Of a stretch of DNA of 64,000 nt, positions 9,523-18,699 are shown in pieces; position 1 is the stretch's first letter; the number at the start of each line of letters is the position of its first letter. Below the pieces are notes generated by a model. The model saw only the letters and a program-made list of their open reading frames with translations, ran no database searches and was not told the origin of the DNA. The position numbers and the translations under genes are program-made. The stretch comes from Terriglobia bacterium (GTDB lineage Bacteria > Acidobacteriota > Terriglobia > UBA7540 > JAPUME01): assembly GCA_965222885.1 (NCBI GenBank), contig OZ244973.1, positions 3,845,664 to 3,909,663 of the forward strand, written 5' to 3'.

Positions 9523-10631
9523 CGACTTTCTTTAGCCAGCAGGCTTCGATAGAGGTTTTCCGTCTTATCCACCATGGTTCGGCAGCTAAATAGAGACTGC
9601 ACCCTCCGGCGGCCTTGTTGACCCATCTGCATCAACCGCTCACGGTCCCGCACGGCATCAGCGATGAGGTCGGCCAACCGCCGGGGGGAGTCCGGTTCGA
9701 CCAGCCACCCGGTTTGCTGCGAGATTACCACTTCCGGAAGGCCGCCCACCTGACTGGCCACTACGGGCAGGCCGTAAGCCATCGCCAGCAGAGCCGAAGA
9801 ACCCAACCCCTCTGAAATCGAGGGCATCACGAACAAATCCAAGGCCACCAAGAAGCTGCCCAAATCCTCTACGAAGCCTACCCAGCGGAGGTTCTCTCCA
9901 CACTCGGCCAGAAACGCCGCTTGGAATTGCACAGGTCCTTCGCCGGCCAGAAAAACCCGCAGGTCGGGCCACCGGTTTTGAAGGAGGCGAGCCGCACGTG
10001 CCAGCACCACTTGACCCTTTTCCGGTGAAAAATACCCGACGTGGCCCACGGCGACATCCCGCTCGGTGAGGCCCCAGTGCTCTCGAAGCATTCGCCTTTG
10101 CTCGGTGTCAGGGAGGCGTACCGGAAACTTCACTCCGTCATAAATCAAATGGATATTGTCCGGCGCGATTCCAGACTCAAGGGCCTTACGCTTGACCGCT
10201 TCTGAGACCACTATCAGGGCATCGGCGCACCGCTGGTATTTGAATTGGGCAACCCAACGGTTTTGATTGGTGTAGAGCACTCGCCGGGTGGCCACGTGCT
10301 TGATCTTTCTTCCCCAAGCGGCCAGAAGCCCTACCGTGTGCCCCCGTCCATCGTGGGCGTGGATGATGTCAAAGGGGCGGTCCTGTATCAGACGGCGCAA
10401 TTGGATGACGCCAAATAGATGTCCCACATCGTGGGACGGAAAAGGAAAGAACTCAAGTCCTTTCCCGCACCGACTCTCCAGAGCCCCGTCTTCCGGGCCG
10501 GCCAGGGTCTGCCGGTGCCCGCGCTCGGCCAGGGCTTGCGCCAAATACAGAAGCTGCTGCTGCCCCCCTCGGAATGCGGTTCCCGTGTCGATATGGAGAA
10601 TCGTCAAGGGGCCTGGTGTTTTTCCGGTCAA
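9519..10631 (-). CDS. glycosyltransferase family 4 (GT-B fold)
   Basis: The N-terminal GG..Q..YLA motif and the C-terminal PS..EG.G....EAMA.G.PV block are typical of GT4. The ORF is open to 10793, but that would overlap the upstream gene by 166 nt. The TTG at 10631 overlaps the upstream TGA (TTGA). Confidence 0.8.
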   Translation of the reverse strand: MTGKTPGPLTILHIDTGTAFRGGQQQLLYLAQALAERGHRQTLAGPEDGALESRCGKGLEFFPFPSHDVGHLFGVIQLRRLIQDRPFDIIHAHDGRGHTVGLLAAWGRKIKHVATRRVLYTNQNRWVAQFKYQRCADALIVVSEAVKRKALESGIAPDNIHLIYDGVKFPVRLPDTEQRRMLREHWGLTERDVAVGHVGYFSPEKGQVVLARAARLLQNRWPDLRVFLAGEGPVQFQAAFLAECGENLRWVGFVEDLGSFLVALDLFVMPSISEGLGSSALLAMAYGLPVVASQVGGLPEVVISQQTGWLVEPDSPRRLADLIADAVRDRERLMQMGQQGRRRVQSLFSCRTMVDKTENLYRSLLAKESR

Positions 10632-11383
10632 AGTTTCCCCCCACGAAGCAGCCGCCCCAGCTTGGCGTACTTTTTGAACACATAGAAGGAGGCCATGAAG
10701 GCGATCAACAACCCTTGATAACCGTCCAGGATTCCCAGTTTCCGGAAATAGGTGTCCCCAAAAGCCCACCAGGGGAGCAGGGTTTGTCCCCAAAAGGCGC
10801 TTTTGACACCCTTTTTGAACATTTCTTGCGCCGCTAACGTCGTGTAGCGATCCACGCGCCGGACGTGCTCCTGAAACGTATCACAGGTATAGTGAAACAG
10901 TTCCCCCGGCAGACTCTCTACCGGGCCATCCACCGACACCGATTCATGAACCAAGAAATCTCCCCAGCAGCCGCGGCGGCGATCGTAGAGGCGGAGTTTC
11001 CAGTCCGGGTACCAGCCCGAATGCCGAATCCAGCGGCCCAGGTAGTAGGCGCGGCGGCGAAACCGGTATCCGGCAGCCCGGGGTTCGGAGTTCTTCCACT
11101 CCCGGATCGCCTGTTGGAGCCGGGGATTCAATTCTTCATCGGCATCGAGGCTCAGGATCCAATCGTGTCGAGCCTGCGTCGCGGCGAAGTTCTTCTGTTT
11201 CACGAATCCTTCCCAGGGATGCCGAATCACGCGCGCACCCAAGTCGGTGGCAACCTGGCAGGTGGAATCCTCCGACCCGCAATCTACGACCAAGACCTCA
11301 TCGGTGCACTCCAGTGAACGGACCGCCCTAGCGATGTGGAACTGCTCATTTCGGGTAATGATAACGGCACTGAGCTGGGGCAT
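10628..11383 (-). CDS. glycosyltransferase family 2
   Basis: LSAVIITRNEQ...VVDCGSEDST...LDADE is the GT2 DxD-type signature. I chose the ATG at 11383; a TTG lies at 11395. Confidence 0.8.
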   Translation of the reverse strand: MPQLSAVIITRNEQFHIARAVRSLECTDEVLVVDCGSEDSTCQVATDLGARVIRHPWEGFVKQKNFAATQARHDWILSLDADEELNPRLQQAIREWKNSEPRAAGYRFRRRAYYLGRWIRHSGWYPDWKLRLYDRRRGCWGDFLVHESVSVDGPVESLPGELFHYTCDTFQEHVRRVDRYTTLAAQEMFKKGVKSAFWGQTLLPWWAFGDTYFRKLGILDGYQGLLIAFMASFYVFKKYAKLGRLLRGGKL

Positions 11384-11602
11384 CTGTTTTACCAACGCGA
11401 TCCGCGCATCTCAACAAACCGGACAGAGCTTTACTAGCACAACCACCCTGAGCACGAAAACACCAAAATCATCCTCGATCCTCCTTTCCGAATGGCCGCT
11501 CGGGTCGGAGGAGGCCCGAGGTCCCCCGCGTCCTGGTGCTTCCCATCGTGAAACGTGCTCTTGATGCGGCCCCCGCTCCGGTAAAACGTTTTCATTCCGA
11601 GG

Positions 11603-11611
11603 TGCTATAAT
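11603..11611 (+). promoter_or_regulatory. candidate extended -10 promoter element (TGcTATAAT)
   Basis: A perfect TATAAT (11606-11611) is preceded by TGc, about 40 nt upstream of the acyl-CoA synthetase ATG. No convincing -35 is present. Confidence 0.3.
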
Positions 11612-11647
11612 AGCGCCTGAAATCTCGTGGAATGGAGTCTTCCCGTC

Positions 11648-13486
11648 ATGAATTCACAGGCCCCACAGACTTTGAACGGACTCTTTCTGGATGCGGTCGA
11701 AAACCATCCGAAAGCGCAGGCCATCCTGCACAAGAAGGAGGGTCGTTTTGTTCCCGTCTCGTCGGAAGAATTGAGGCGACAAGTGGCCGCGCTGTGTTTC
11801 CGGCTGGGAGCACAGGGAATCGGCCCCGGGGACCGCTTTGCCATTCTTTCGGAAAACCGCCTGGAATGGCTCGTCACCGATTTCGCCGTCATGGGACTGG
11901 GAGCCGTAAACGTGCCGTTATACCCGACTCTCCCCCAACAAGATGTGGAATATATCCTGCGGGACTCGGAAGCCAAGGGCATTCTCGTCTCCACCGAAGA
12001 ACAACTGGAGAAGATTCTGAATGTCTGGCCTCGCCTCCCGCACTTGAAATGTGCGGTCGTAGCCGACGCGGTTTCCACTTCGGACTCGCTGGTCAGGGCG
12101 TGGAGCGATTTGGCCCAGCCTTCGGCGGAAGATTTCGAGGATCATTGCCGGCGATTTCGTCAACAATCCCGGCTGGCACAACCCAGCGATCTGGCCACCC
12201 TTCTCTACACGTCGGGCACGACGGGTCAGCCGAAAGGAGTTCAGCTTACCCACGCGAACATCGTTTCCAATGTCTTGGCTACCGCACCGTTGTTTTCTCT
12301 CAACGATAAAGATGTGGCCATGTCTTTCCTTCCGCTTTCCCACATTCTTGAGCGAACGCTGGACTACTACTACTTCTTCCGGAACGTGACCATCGCCTAT
12401 GCAGAAAATCTGGAGGCCTTGGCGACGAACTTGGTCGAAGTACGTCCGACTGTCATGGCGGTGGTGCCCCGAGTTTTTGAGAAAGTACACTCCCGAATCA
12501 AAGCGACTGTGGATGCCGGCCCCCCGTCAAAGAAAAAGTTGTTCTCCTGGGCGGAGAACATCGGTAAGGAATATTATCCGTACCGTCTGGGAATGAGAAA
12601 GGAGCCAGCCCCTCTCGGGCTCCGCCTTCGCTGGAAGCTGGCAGACGCCCTAGTAGCCTCGAAAGTACGCCGGCGGTTGGGGGGGCGAATCAAGCTGCTG
12701 TTCTGCGGTTCGGCGCCGCTCACGAAAGAGCTGGCGGATTTCTTCTACGGGATGGGCTTGATGATCTGCGAAGGGTACGGCCTGACGGAGACTTCGCCTG
12801 TAATCTCGCTCAACTATCCGGGACACATCAAATTGGGCACGGTAGGCCCGACCTTGCCCGGCGTGGAAGTCAAGCTGGCCGAACCGGAGAACGAGGAAGC
12901 GGAAGGAAGGGAAATCCTGGTCCGTGGACCCAATGTCACTTCCGGCTATTACCGTCTGGAGGAGGAAAACCGAAGCGCCTTCGTGAACGGATGGTTTCGG
13001 ACGGGCGATCTCGGCAAGATGGACGAGGACGGCTACCTCATCATCACGGGACGCAAGAAAAACCTTCTGAAGACGAGCGGGGGCAAATATGTGGCTCCCG
13101 AAAAGATCGAAAACCTCTTCCAAGGCCACCCCTTCGTAGCACAGATTTTCACGCTGGGAGACGGCCGGAAATTCGTTGCGGCTCTCGTCGTGCCGAATTT
13201 CATTCGTCTTGAGTCTTGGGCACAATCAGAAGGGCTGCGATTTTCGACACGAAAAGAACTCATATCGTTGCCCGAGGTGGTTTCCTTGATGGAGGGGCAG
13301 GTGAAAGAGACGACCCAAGCACTCGCCCCCTTCGAACAGATCCGGCAGATCGCTCTGCTGCCCGAGGAATTCACGATAGATTCGGGGGAGCTTTCTCCCA
13401 CTCAGAAGATCAAGCGACCCGTCGTGGAAGGACGCCATCGGGAACTGATCGAGGAGATCTATCGCCGACGCAGACCCGACGCATAG
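11648..13486 (+). CDS. long-chain fatty acid--CoA ligase (AMP-dependent synthetase)
   Basis: It has the AMP-binding motif LYTSGTTGQPKGVQLTH and later GYGLTE and GWFRTGD blocks. I chose ATG 11648, which has a GGAG upstream. The ORF is open from GTG 11627. Confidence 0.85.
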   Translation: MNSQAPQTLNGLFLDAVENHPKAQAILHKKEGRFVPVSSEELRRQVAALCFRLGAQGIGPGDRFAILSENRLEWLVTDFAVMGLGAVNVPLYPTLPQQDVEYILRDSEAKGILVSTEEQLEKILNVWPRLPHLKCAVVADAVSTSDSLVRAWSDLAQPSAEDFEDHCRRFRQQSRLAQPSDLATLLYTSGTTGQPKGVQLTHANIVSNVLATAPLFSLNDKDVAMSFLPLSHILERTLDYYYFFRNVTIAYAENLEALATNLVEVRPTVMAVVPRVFEKVHSRIKATVDAGPPSKKKLFSWAENIGKEYYPYRLGMRKEPAPLGLRLRWKLADALVASKVRRRLGGRIKLLFCGSAPLTKELADFFYGMGLMICEGYGLTETSPVISLNYPGHIKLGTVGPTLPGVEVKLAEPENEEAEGREILVRGPNVTSGYYRLEEENRSAFVNGWFRTGDLGKMDEDGYLIITGRKKNLLKTSGGKYVAPEKIENLFQGHPFVAQIFTLGDGRKFVAALVVPNFIRLESWAQSEGLRFSTRKELISLPEVVSLMEGQVKETTQALAPFEQIRQIALLPEEFTIDSGELSPTQKIKRPVVEGRHRELIEEIYRRRRPDA

Positions 13487-13623
13487 CCTGCCACCCCGAC
13501 CCGTCCCAAGCCGGGAGAGCCGAACGCACCCACGGCCCCCATCCGTCATCGGCCGGGGCGAAAAAGCTTAGGTTGGGTTAGGACCGATTTGTGCTGGAGC
13601 AGGGCGGCAGCAGGACAGGTGGT

Positions 13624-14655
13624 CTATCCTCCGCCGGGAGGGTGACTGCGGGCGTGGTGCTCACCGAGCAAGTCGAGGCCGAAATCACCGTCGAAATCCC
13701 GCCAGACAGTGTGGATGTGATTGGCGTTGTTTTGCGTGTTGTCGTACTCGATCACGAACGTTTGTCCGTGGATACGATAGTAATGCGGCTGGCCGCGTTC
13801 GCTGCCTCCGGCCCAGGCAAAATGAAGGCCTTTTCCGCCTCCGGCCAGAATTTCGTCCAGATGATCCTGCGCCAGTTCCGGACGGAAACGGTTCGCGTAA
13901 ACATGAACTAACTCCATCAGCAGCCGGTCCTGTTCGGGAGTCATTTCAGCGCGGGACACACCCACGAGCGGACTCAATTCCGCCTTACGGGAAGACCCGG
14001 TGATGATATCCGCCGGAGCTTCTACGTCGATCAAAACCTTTTTTCGGAAATCCCCCGTGAAAAGGCCCAAGAGCTGCCGTGCCAAGTCCTCCTCGGCGGC
14101 CAGCACGCGAAATCCCTTCCTCGGCCCCTCGCGGACCTCAGCCGGATTGGCACCGAAAAAGGCCGGCGTGGCGGAAATGACCTGACCCTTTTGCAGGGTA
14201 AAGTTCAAGGAAAGATGATGCCCCTCCATGCGCCATCCCCACTCGCCGGATTCGCCGGGCCGTCCGAAAAAGCTGAAGAAATAGGCATCCGGGTCCCGCG
14301 TCGGATTCCTGTTTTCCTGATGGTAGAGAATCTCCTCCAGAAAGATGATGTCCCGGGCCTTACTGTGGCCCTCCGAGCTGAGACCGGTACCTAAAAAGGC
14401 GTGGGCGAGTTTTCGCTGCTCCTGCGACATGGTCTTGATCGACAGCCCTTTTCGCTCCCGAGGAATAAAGTGCCAGTTGAGGCGCTCTTCCTCCGTAAAA
14501 GAGAAGTTGGCGTCGGCATCCTGCTGGGGAGAGAGAGAAGCCAACAGGCTCTCAGCACCCCGAGTCATCTCCCCCACCACCTGCGTGGGACCGCCGGCAC
14601 AGGTTCCAATCACCCCAAGTCCAAAAATCAATAGTATGGCAATGAATTTCTTCAT
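13624..14655 (-). CDS. DUF3500 domain-containing secreted protein
   Basis: A signal peptide, MKKFIAILLIFGLGVIGTCAG, follows a GGAGGA RBS. The blocks W.F.PRERKG..., EGHHLSLNF and YYRIHG are typical of DUF3500. The ORF is open to 14799, but that extension is non-protein-like. Confidence 0.8.
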   Translation of the reverse strand: MKKFIAILLIFGLGVIGTCAGGPTQVVGEMTRGAESLLASLSPQQDADANFSFTEEERLNWHFIPRERKGLSIKTMSQEQRKLAHAFLGTGLSSEGHSKARDIIFLEEILYHQENRNPTRDPDAYFFSFFGRPGESGEWGWRMEGHHLSLNFTLQKGQVISATPAFFGANPAEVREGPRKGFRVLAAEEDLARQLLGLFTGDFRKKVLIDVEAPADIITGSSRKAELSPLVGVSRAEMTPEQDRLLMELVHVYANRFRPELAQDHLDEILAGGGKGLHFAWAGGSERGQPHYYRIHGQTFVIEYDNTQNNANHIHTVWRDFDGDFGLDLLGEHHARSHPPGGG

Positions 14656-14836
14656 GGTGTTTGTCCTCCCTGCTGCCATCAGATCAAGCACGGGCCTGAA
14701 CGCCGGGGCAATCCACCATCCACTCACCCCCCTTCGGCCCATTTTCGGGGATTCCCACAAGCCGGGCCGAGTGTACCTTGCAGAAGAAAAGGGTGTCAAG
14801 ACGGGATTACCCGCAGACGAAGTATCATCATCCCTG

Positions 14837-14865
14837 TTGACGACGGTTCGGGCTGGCTGTTAAAT
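14837..14865 (+). promoter_or_regulatory. candidate sigma70-type promoter of rpsT
   Basis: TTGACG (14837-14842), a 17-nt spacer and TTAAAT (14860-14865) lie about 30 nt upstream of the rpsT ATG. Confidence 0.4.
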
Positions 14866-14893
14866 TAGGAGAATCTCGAAAGAAGGATACCGA

Positions 14894-15157
14894 ATGCCCA
14901 CACACCTTTCAGCCCTCAAGCGAGTCAAGCAGAGCCGGAAACGCGCTCAGGTTAAGCGGCCTCATCTGAGCCGGGTGCGGCGGCAGATTCGCCGGGTACG
15001 AACCCTGCTGGCAAAAAAAGACAAGGCGGCCGCTCAGGAGCAGCTCGGAATCACCATCCCCTTGCTCGACAAGGCCGTCGGCAAAGGCGTTCTCCATGCG
15101 AATGCGGCCCGGCGACACAAATCCCGCTTGACTCGCCAGCTAAACGCTCTTCCCTAG
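14894..15157 (+). CDS. rpsT: 30S ribosomal protein S20
   Basis: The 87-aa basic protein contains SALKRVKQSRKRA...HANAARRHKSRL, which is the canonical S20 sequence. Confidence 0.95.
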   Translation: MPTHLSALKRVKQSRKRAQVKRPHLSRVRRQIRRVRTLLAKKDKAAAQEQLGITIPLLDKAVGKGVLHANAARRHKSRLTRQLNALP

Positions 15158-16192
15158 ACGCAGCTTTTTCCGGTCTTGGGTGCCGCCCGAGACCCCCATG
15201 ACCTTGGAGGCACTCCTTTCGATAATCTTCCAGATCAGGAATTCCAAGTGGAGGTGGGTGTCTTTCCAGGAGGATTTGATTTCAAGATCCGCCTCGTGGA
15301 CCGAGCGCAAGGCCTGGAGGCGCTCCTGATGCGAGTAGCTTCGGGCCGCAATTCGTGGCAGAAGATCAGCCCCCCTACCGGGTCTTGCTGGATACCTGTC
15401 CGGGTAGTTGCTCAGGGAGAGGGACCGCCGGAATAGATGGCCGATGTGCCACAGAAGGCGCAACTCCGGTTCATGGCTCCGGATAAGATGGGCAAGTTGG
15501 AGGAGCGCTTCGCGACCCTTCCGCTCGGCGATGCACCGAAGAAGCCGGGTGACTTCGTGGTCCTCAGCCAGCGAAACCAGAGACTCCAAATCCCGAACTG
15601 TAATCCGCTTCTGCTCGGGCCGGCTCAGCCGGAGCTTTTCCAGTTCGGTGTGAATCCACAAAAGATTTCGGCCGAATTCTTCCGCCAACTCTTCGGCGGC
15701 CTCCCGGTCAATTTCGACGCCCTGGCGCTGGAGCAGGCGCGAAATCCAGCGCACGACCTCGGCGGCTTCGGGACGGCGCATTTCCACCACCTCTGCTTGC
15801 TTGAACAGAAGAGTTACGAAGCGCCGGCGCCGGTCGGGCTCCTCCGCCATGAAAACTACCGTGGAAAATAGGGGAGGCTGCCGGAGGTAGCCCTGCAAAG
15901 CTTCGTAGTCGGCCTCCTTGGCATGAGCAAAATCTTCCGCGTCGCGTATCAGAAAAAGATTCCGCGGCCCTACCATGGGCATCTGAGATGCTTGGTCCAG
16001 TACGCCGGCCAGTTCACCCGCCCTCCATTCCAGCGAATGCACACCCCAGGCATGTGCCTCCTCGGGCAGAGCCTTGAGAAGCTCCTGGCGGCATTTTTGG
16101 TGCAAGAACGCCTCCTCCCCACAAAAGAAATAAACGGGCGCCCAATCTCCGCGGCGGAGGCGGTCCACAAACTGTTTCGGCGTCATAAGCAT
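15140..16192 (-). CDS. holA: DNA polymerase III subunit delta
   Basis: It has the APVYFFCGEEAFL N-terminal motif. Its size and its position downstream of lptE match the conserved lptE-holA arrangement. Confidence 0.8.
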   Translation of the reverse strand: MLMTPKQFVDRLRRGDWAPVYFFCGEEAFLHQKCRQELLKALPEEAHAWGVHSLEWRAGELAGVLDQASQMPMVGPRNLFLIRDAEDFAHAKEADYEALQGYLRQPPLFSTVVFMAEEPDRRRRFVTLLFKQAEVVEMRRPEAAEVVRWISRLLQRQGVEIDREAAEELAEEFGRNLLWIHTELEKLRLSRPEQKRITVRDLESLVSLAEDHEVTRLLRCIAERKGREALLQLAHLIRSHEPELRLLWHIGHLFRRSLSLSNYPDRYPARPGRGADLLPRIAARSYSHQERLQALRSVHEADLEIKSSWKDTHLHLEFLIWKIIERSASKVMGVSGGTQDRKKLRLGKSV

Positions 16193-16300
16193 CCATCTCC
16201 GATCCCGCTCCGGGGACCGGACGAAAACTCGTCGCGGGCCGAGGGATAAGTTCCCGATTCCAATCTCGTGTCAATCCCGGCCGAATCCAGGCAGGAGAGT

Positions 16301-16822
16301 TCAGAAGTTTTCCAGGATCGCGCTGACCAGCGTTTGCGCCATGTCTCGGGAAATACGGGCCAAAGCCGCTTCGTCTTCCTCAAATAAGGCCATGACGTTG
16401 GGATCAATCTGGTACTGTTCGCGAAAAATATAGCGGGAATTGAAAAAAAGACGTTTTCGGGTTTCGCGTTGCACCAGCTCGACCCGCGCCACTATCCGCA
16501 ATTGGAGCGTGGTTGCCCTTCCGGTTTTCGGGTCAAAGGCCACCGCGCGGGATCTCGCTCGCAGAACGGTCCCCTTGAGAACCGCGTCGGCTTGGTCCGG
16601 ATGGGTGGTAATGCCGTAGCTTGTCCGTTCAACGAACTCGCGTGTGAGGGCGGAAGCCAGCCTCTGTTCAATGCGAAAACGGGGGGATGCATTGGCGAAG
16701 ACGGGTATGGCAAGGGTCTTCAAATCGGCCGGCAGACGAGTTCCCCGTCCCGCAACGCGATAACCGCAGCCGGCCATGAGCAAGACCGCAGCCATCAAAG
16801 CTACCCGGCTCGAAGCCCACAT
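16301..16822 (-). CDS. lptE: LPS-assembly lipoprotein LptE
   Basis: It has the lipobox LLMAGCGY followed by R.AGRG, at a size of about 170 aa. It is located immediately upstream of holA. Confidence 0.7.
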   Translation of the reverse strand: MWASSRVALMAAVLLMAGCGYRVAGRGTRLPADLKTLAIPVFANASPRFRIEQRLASALTREFVERTSYGITTHPDQADAVLKGTVLRARSRAVAFDPKTGRATTLQLRIVARVELVQRETRKRLFFNSRYIFREQYQIDPNVMALFEEDEAALARISRDMAQTLVSAILENF

Positions 16823-16833
16823 GATATTCCTCT

Positions 16834-17853
16834 CTACACGAAGGATTCGGCAATTTCAACTGCATTCAGTGCCGGCAGGCGAATGTTGTCCGCAACGGCC
16901 CAAATCCAATAGTCCGCCTGTGTCGGCCCCTCGGCCGGGAGCACCTCAGCCAGAATGCAATCCGAACCCATGACCTCAACCGAGGAAGGGGGCAACTGGT
17001 TAGCGGACCGCACCTTGATCCGAGGTCCCTCCAATGCCTTTTCGAACTCTTGCAATGAGACCGCTTCCGCCAAATCCAAATAGAGTGAAACGCCAACGGA
17101 GTAAAAGACGGGCAAGTGGAAAATCCGGGGAACCGGCATCTCCAGAGAAGGAGGAAGAAAAGGTCCCAATTCGCTCCGAATCTCCTCTTCTTGGGAGACC
17201 CCTCGTTTCTGTGCCTTTACCTTTCCCAACCGGGGCAGCAGATTAAAAGCTAATTGGGCACCGAAGACCTTCCGAGGAATCTTCTGGAATTGAAGCAGGT
17301 TGAGGGTTTGATTCTGAAGTTCCTCAATTCCTTCGGGTCCATGCGCCGAGGCAGATTCAAAGATTTGAGCTGCCGCCGTTGCCACAGAAAAATTGGCTTC
17401 GAGGCGGTCCATCAATGTGGCGAGAATGATGGTGGCAGCCCGGGGTGAGGCCAGGAAGTTCGCGGTCGAAGGAGCGTTGCTTTCCCGGCTTCGGGGCTCC
17501 AACCCAGGGATGCGCAAGGTTCCACCCCTTTCCCTGACTGCGAGACCTTCGATCAACCCGATAACCCGCCCGGGGCCTGTTAAAACGGAATCCACCAGTC
17601 TTGCGCCTGTCCAGGATTCCGAGGCGAGAAAGAGGAAATCCCACTTTTCCTTCTCGATATCCGCCTGTGTCACCGAATCGTGGGAAGGAGCGTCGATATC
17701 CAAAACCGGAATCCCGGATTCCGATTCGCCTTCCACTCCGACCAGATGGTCGATCGGAAATTGCCTCTCCCGGAGGAGCTTTTCCAATTCTTTCCCTAAA
17801 AGCGATGAGGCCCCCAGGATAGCGACTCGACGTCCGCTGCCGGAGGGATTCAT
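16834..17853 (-). CDS. aspartate-semialdehyde dehydrogenase-fold protein, apparently lacking the catalytic Cys and His
   Basis: It is collinear with Asd by eye: N-terminal Rossmann VAILGASSLLG, mid block ESASAHG, and C-terminal WAVADNIR..ALNAVEIAE. The NC[ST]T site reads PRAAT and the GHS site reads SVG. ATG 17853 overlaps the pssA TGA (ATGA). The ORF is open to 18327, but that extension is antisense to pssA. Confidence 0.8.
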   Translation of the reverse strand: MNPSGSGRRVAILGASSLLGKELEKLLRERQFPIDHLVGVEGESESGIPVLDIDAPSHDSVTQADIEKEKWDFLFLASESWTGARLVDSVLTGPGRVIGLIEGLAVRERGGTLRIPGLEPRSRESNAPSTANFLASPRAATIILATLMDRLEANFSVATAAAQIFESASAHGPEGIEELQNQTLNLLQFQKIPRKVFGAQLAFNLLPRLGKVKAQKRGVSQEEEIRSELGPFLPPSLEMPVPRIFHLPVFYSVGVSLYLDLAEAVSLQEFEKALEGPRIKVRSANQLPPSSVEVMGSDCILAEVLPAEGPTQADYWIWAVADNIRLPALNAVEIAESFV

Positions 17854-18671
17854 ACCGCGCCAGCTTCCCGAGGCGTGGGAGAAGGAGGCTGCGCGCGTGG
17901 GAGGGCCCGAAACACAAGGCCGGATAGAGTGTAGAGCGACGCAATTAGCAGAAGAACCTGTTCCGAATACAGAAAAATAGACCAAGCCGTCAGCCCCACC
18001 AGGATAACCGTGATGTAGGGGCGCCGGCGGCGTAAATCCAGCGACTTGAAGGTGAGATAGCGAATCCGGCTCACCATGAGAAACGCCAGGAGGGACAAAA
18101 TGGCCAGCCAGGCAATGCCCGACAGCCAATGGCTGAGGGGCGCCTTGACCGAATGTACCACCGCAGCCACTAATCCCGCAGCCGCCGGTATCGGCAACCC
18201 CACAAAGTATCGATGTTCTGAGGCGGGCAGCGTCGATTGGATGTTGAAGCGCGCCAGCCGGCCGGTGCCGCAGATCAAAAAGCCGAAGCACACAATCCAG
18301 CTCAACGGCTGAAGTTGCTGAGTCCAATCGATTCCGTTATCCATGGTAAGCCACCGCATTCCCCAGGCATAAGCCAGCAAGGACGGAGCGATGCCGAAAG
18401 TTATAACGTCCGCCAGGGAATCGAATTCGCGGCCGAAGTTCGAAGTCGAGTGGGTCATGCGGGCGATCCGTCCGTCCAGGCCGTCGAACAGCACCGCCCA
18501 GCCGATGGCCCGCGCGGCACTGTCGAACGCTTTCAGGCTGTCGTCTCCCATCGAGCCCGAAGCCAGGGCCAAATACTGAGCGCCCCGGAACGTGGAAAGG
18601 AGGCAATAGAATCCACAAGCCAGGGTCCCTACCGTAAACAGGCTCGGCAAAATCGAGACGCCCCGTTTCAT
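17850..18671 (-). CDS. pssA: CDP-diacylglycerol--serine O-phosphatidyltransferase
   Basis: It has the CDP-alcohol phosphatidyltransferase motif DGLDGRIAR....S.FG.EFDSLAD and multiple TM helices. I chose ATG 18671, 28 nt after the psd stop. Confidence 0.85.
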   Translation of the reverse strand: MKRGVSILPSLFTVGTLACGFYCLLSTFRGAQYLALASGSMGDDSLKAFDSAARAIGWAVLFDGLDGRIARMTHSTSNFGREFDSLADVITFGIAPSLLAYAWGMRWLTMDNGIDWTQQLQPLSWIVCFGFLICGTGRLARFNIQSTLPASEHRYFVGLPIPAAAGLVAAVVHSVKAPLSHWLSGIAWLAILSLLAFLMVSRIRYLTFKSLDLRRRRPYITVILVGLTAWSIFLYSEQVLLLIASLYTLSGLVFRALPRAQPPSPTPREAGAV

Positions 18672-18699
18672 GCGGCGACGCCGGCGGCCTTTCTCTTTT

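Noticed and set aside
17854-18327. 158-codon upstream extension of the Asd-like ORF
   Set aside because: It overlaps pssA on the same strand in another frame. Asd-type homology starts at Met 17853, which forms an ATGA overlap with the pssA stop.
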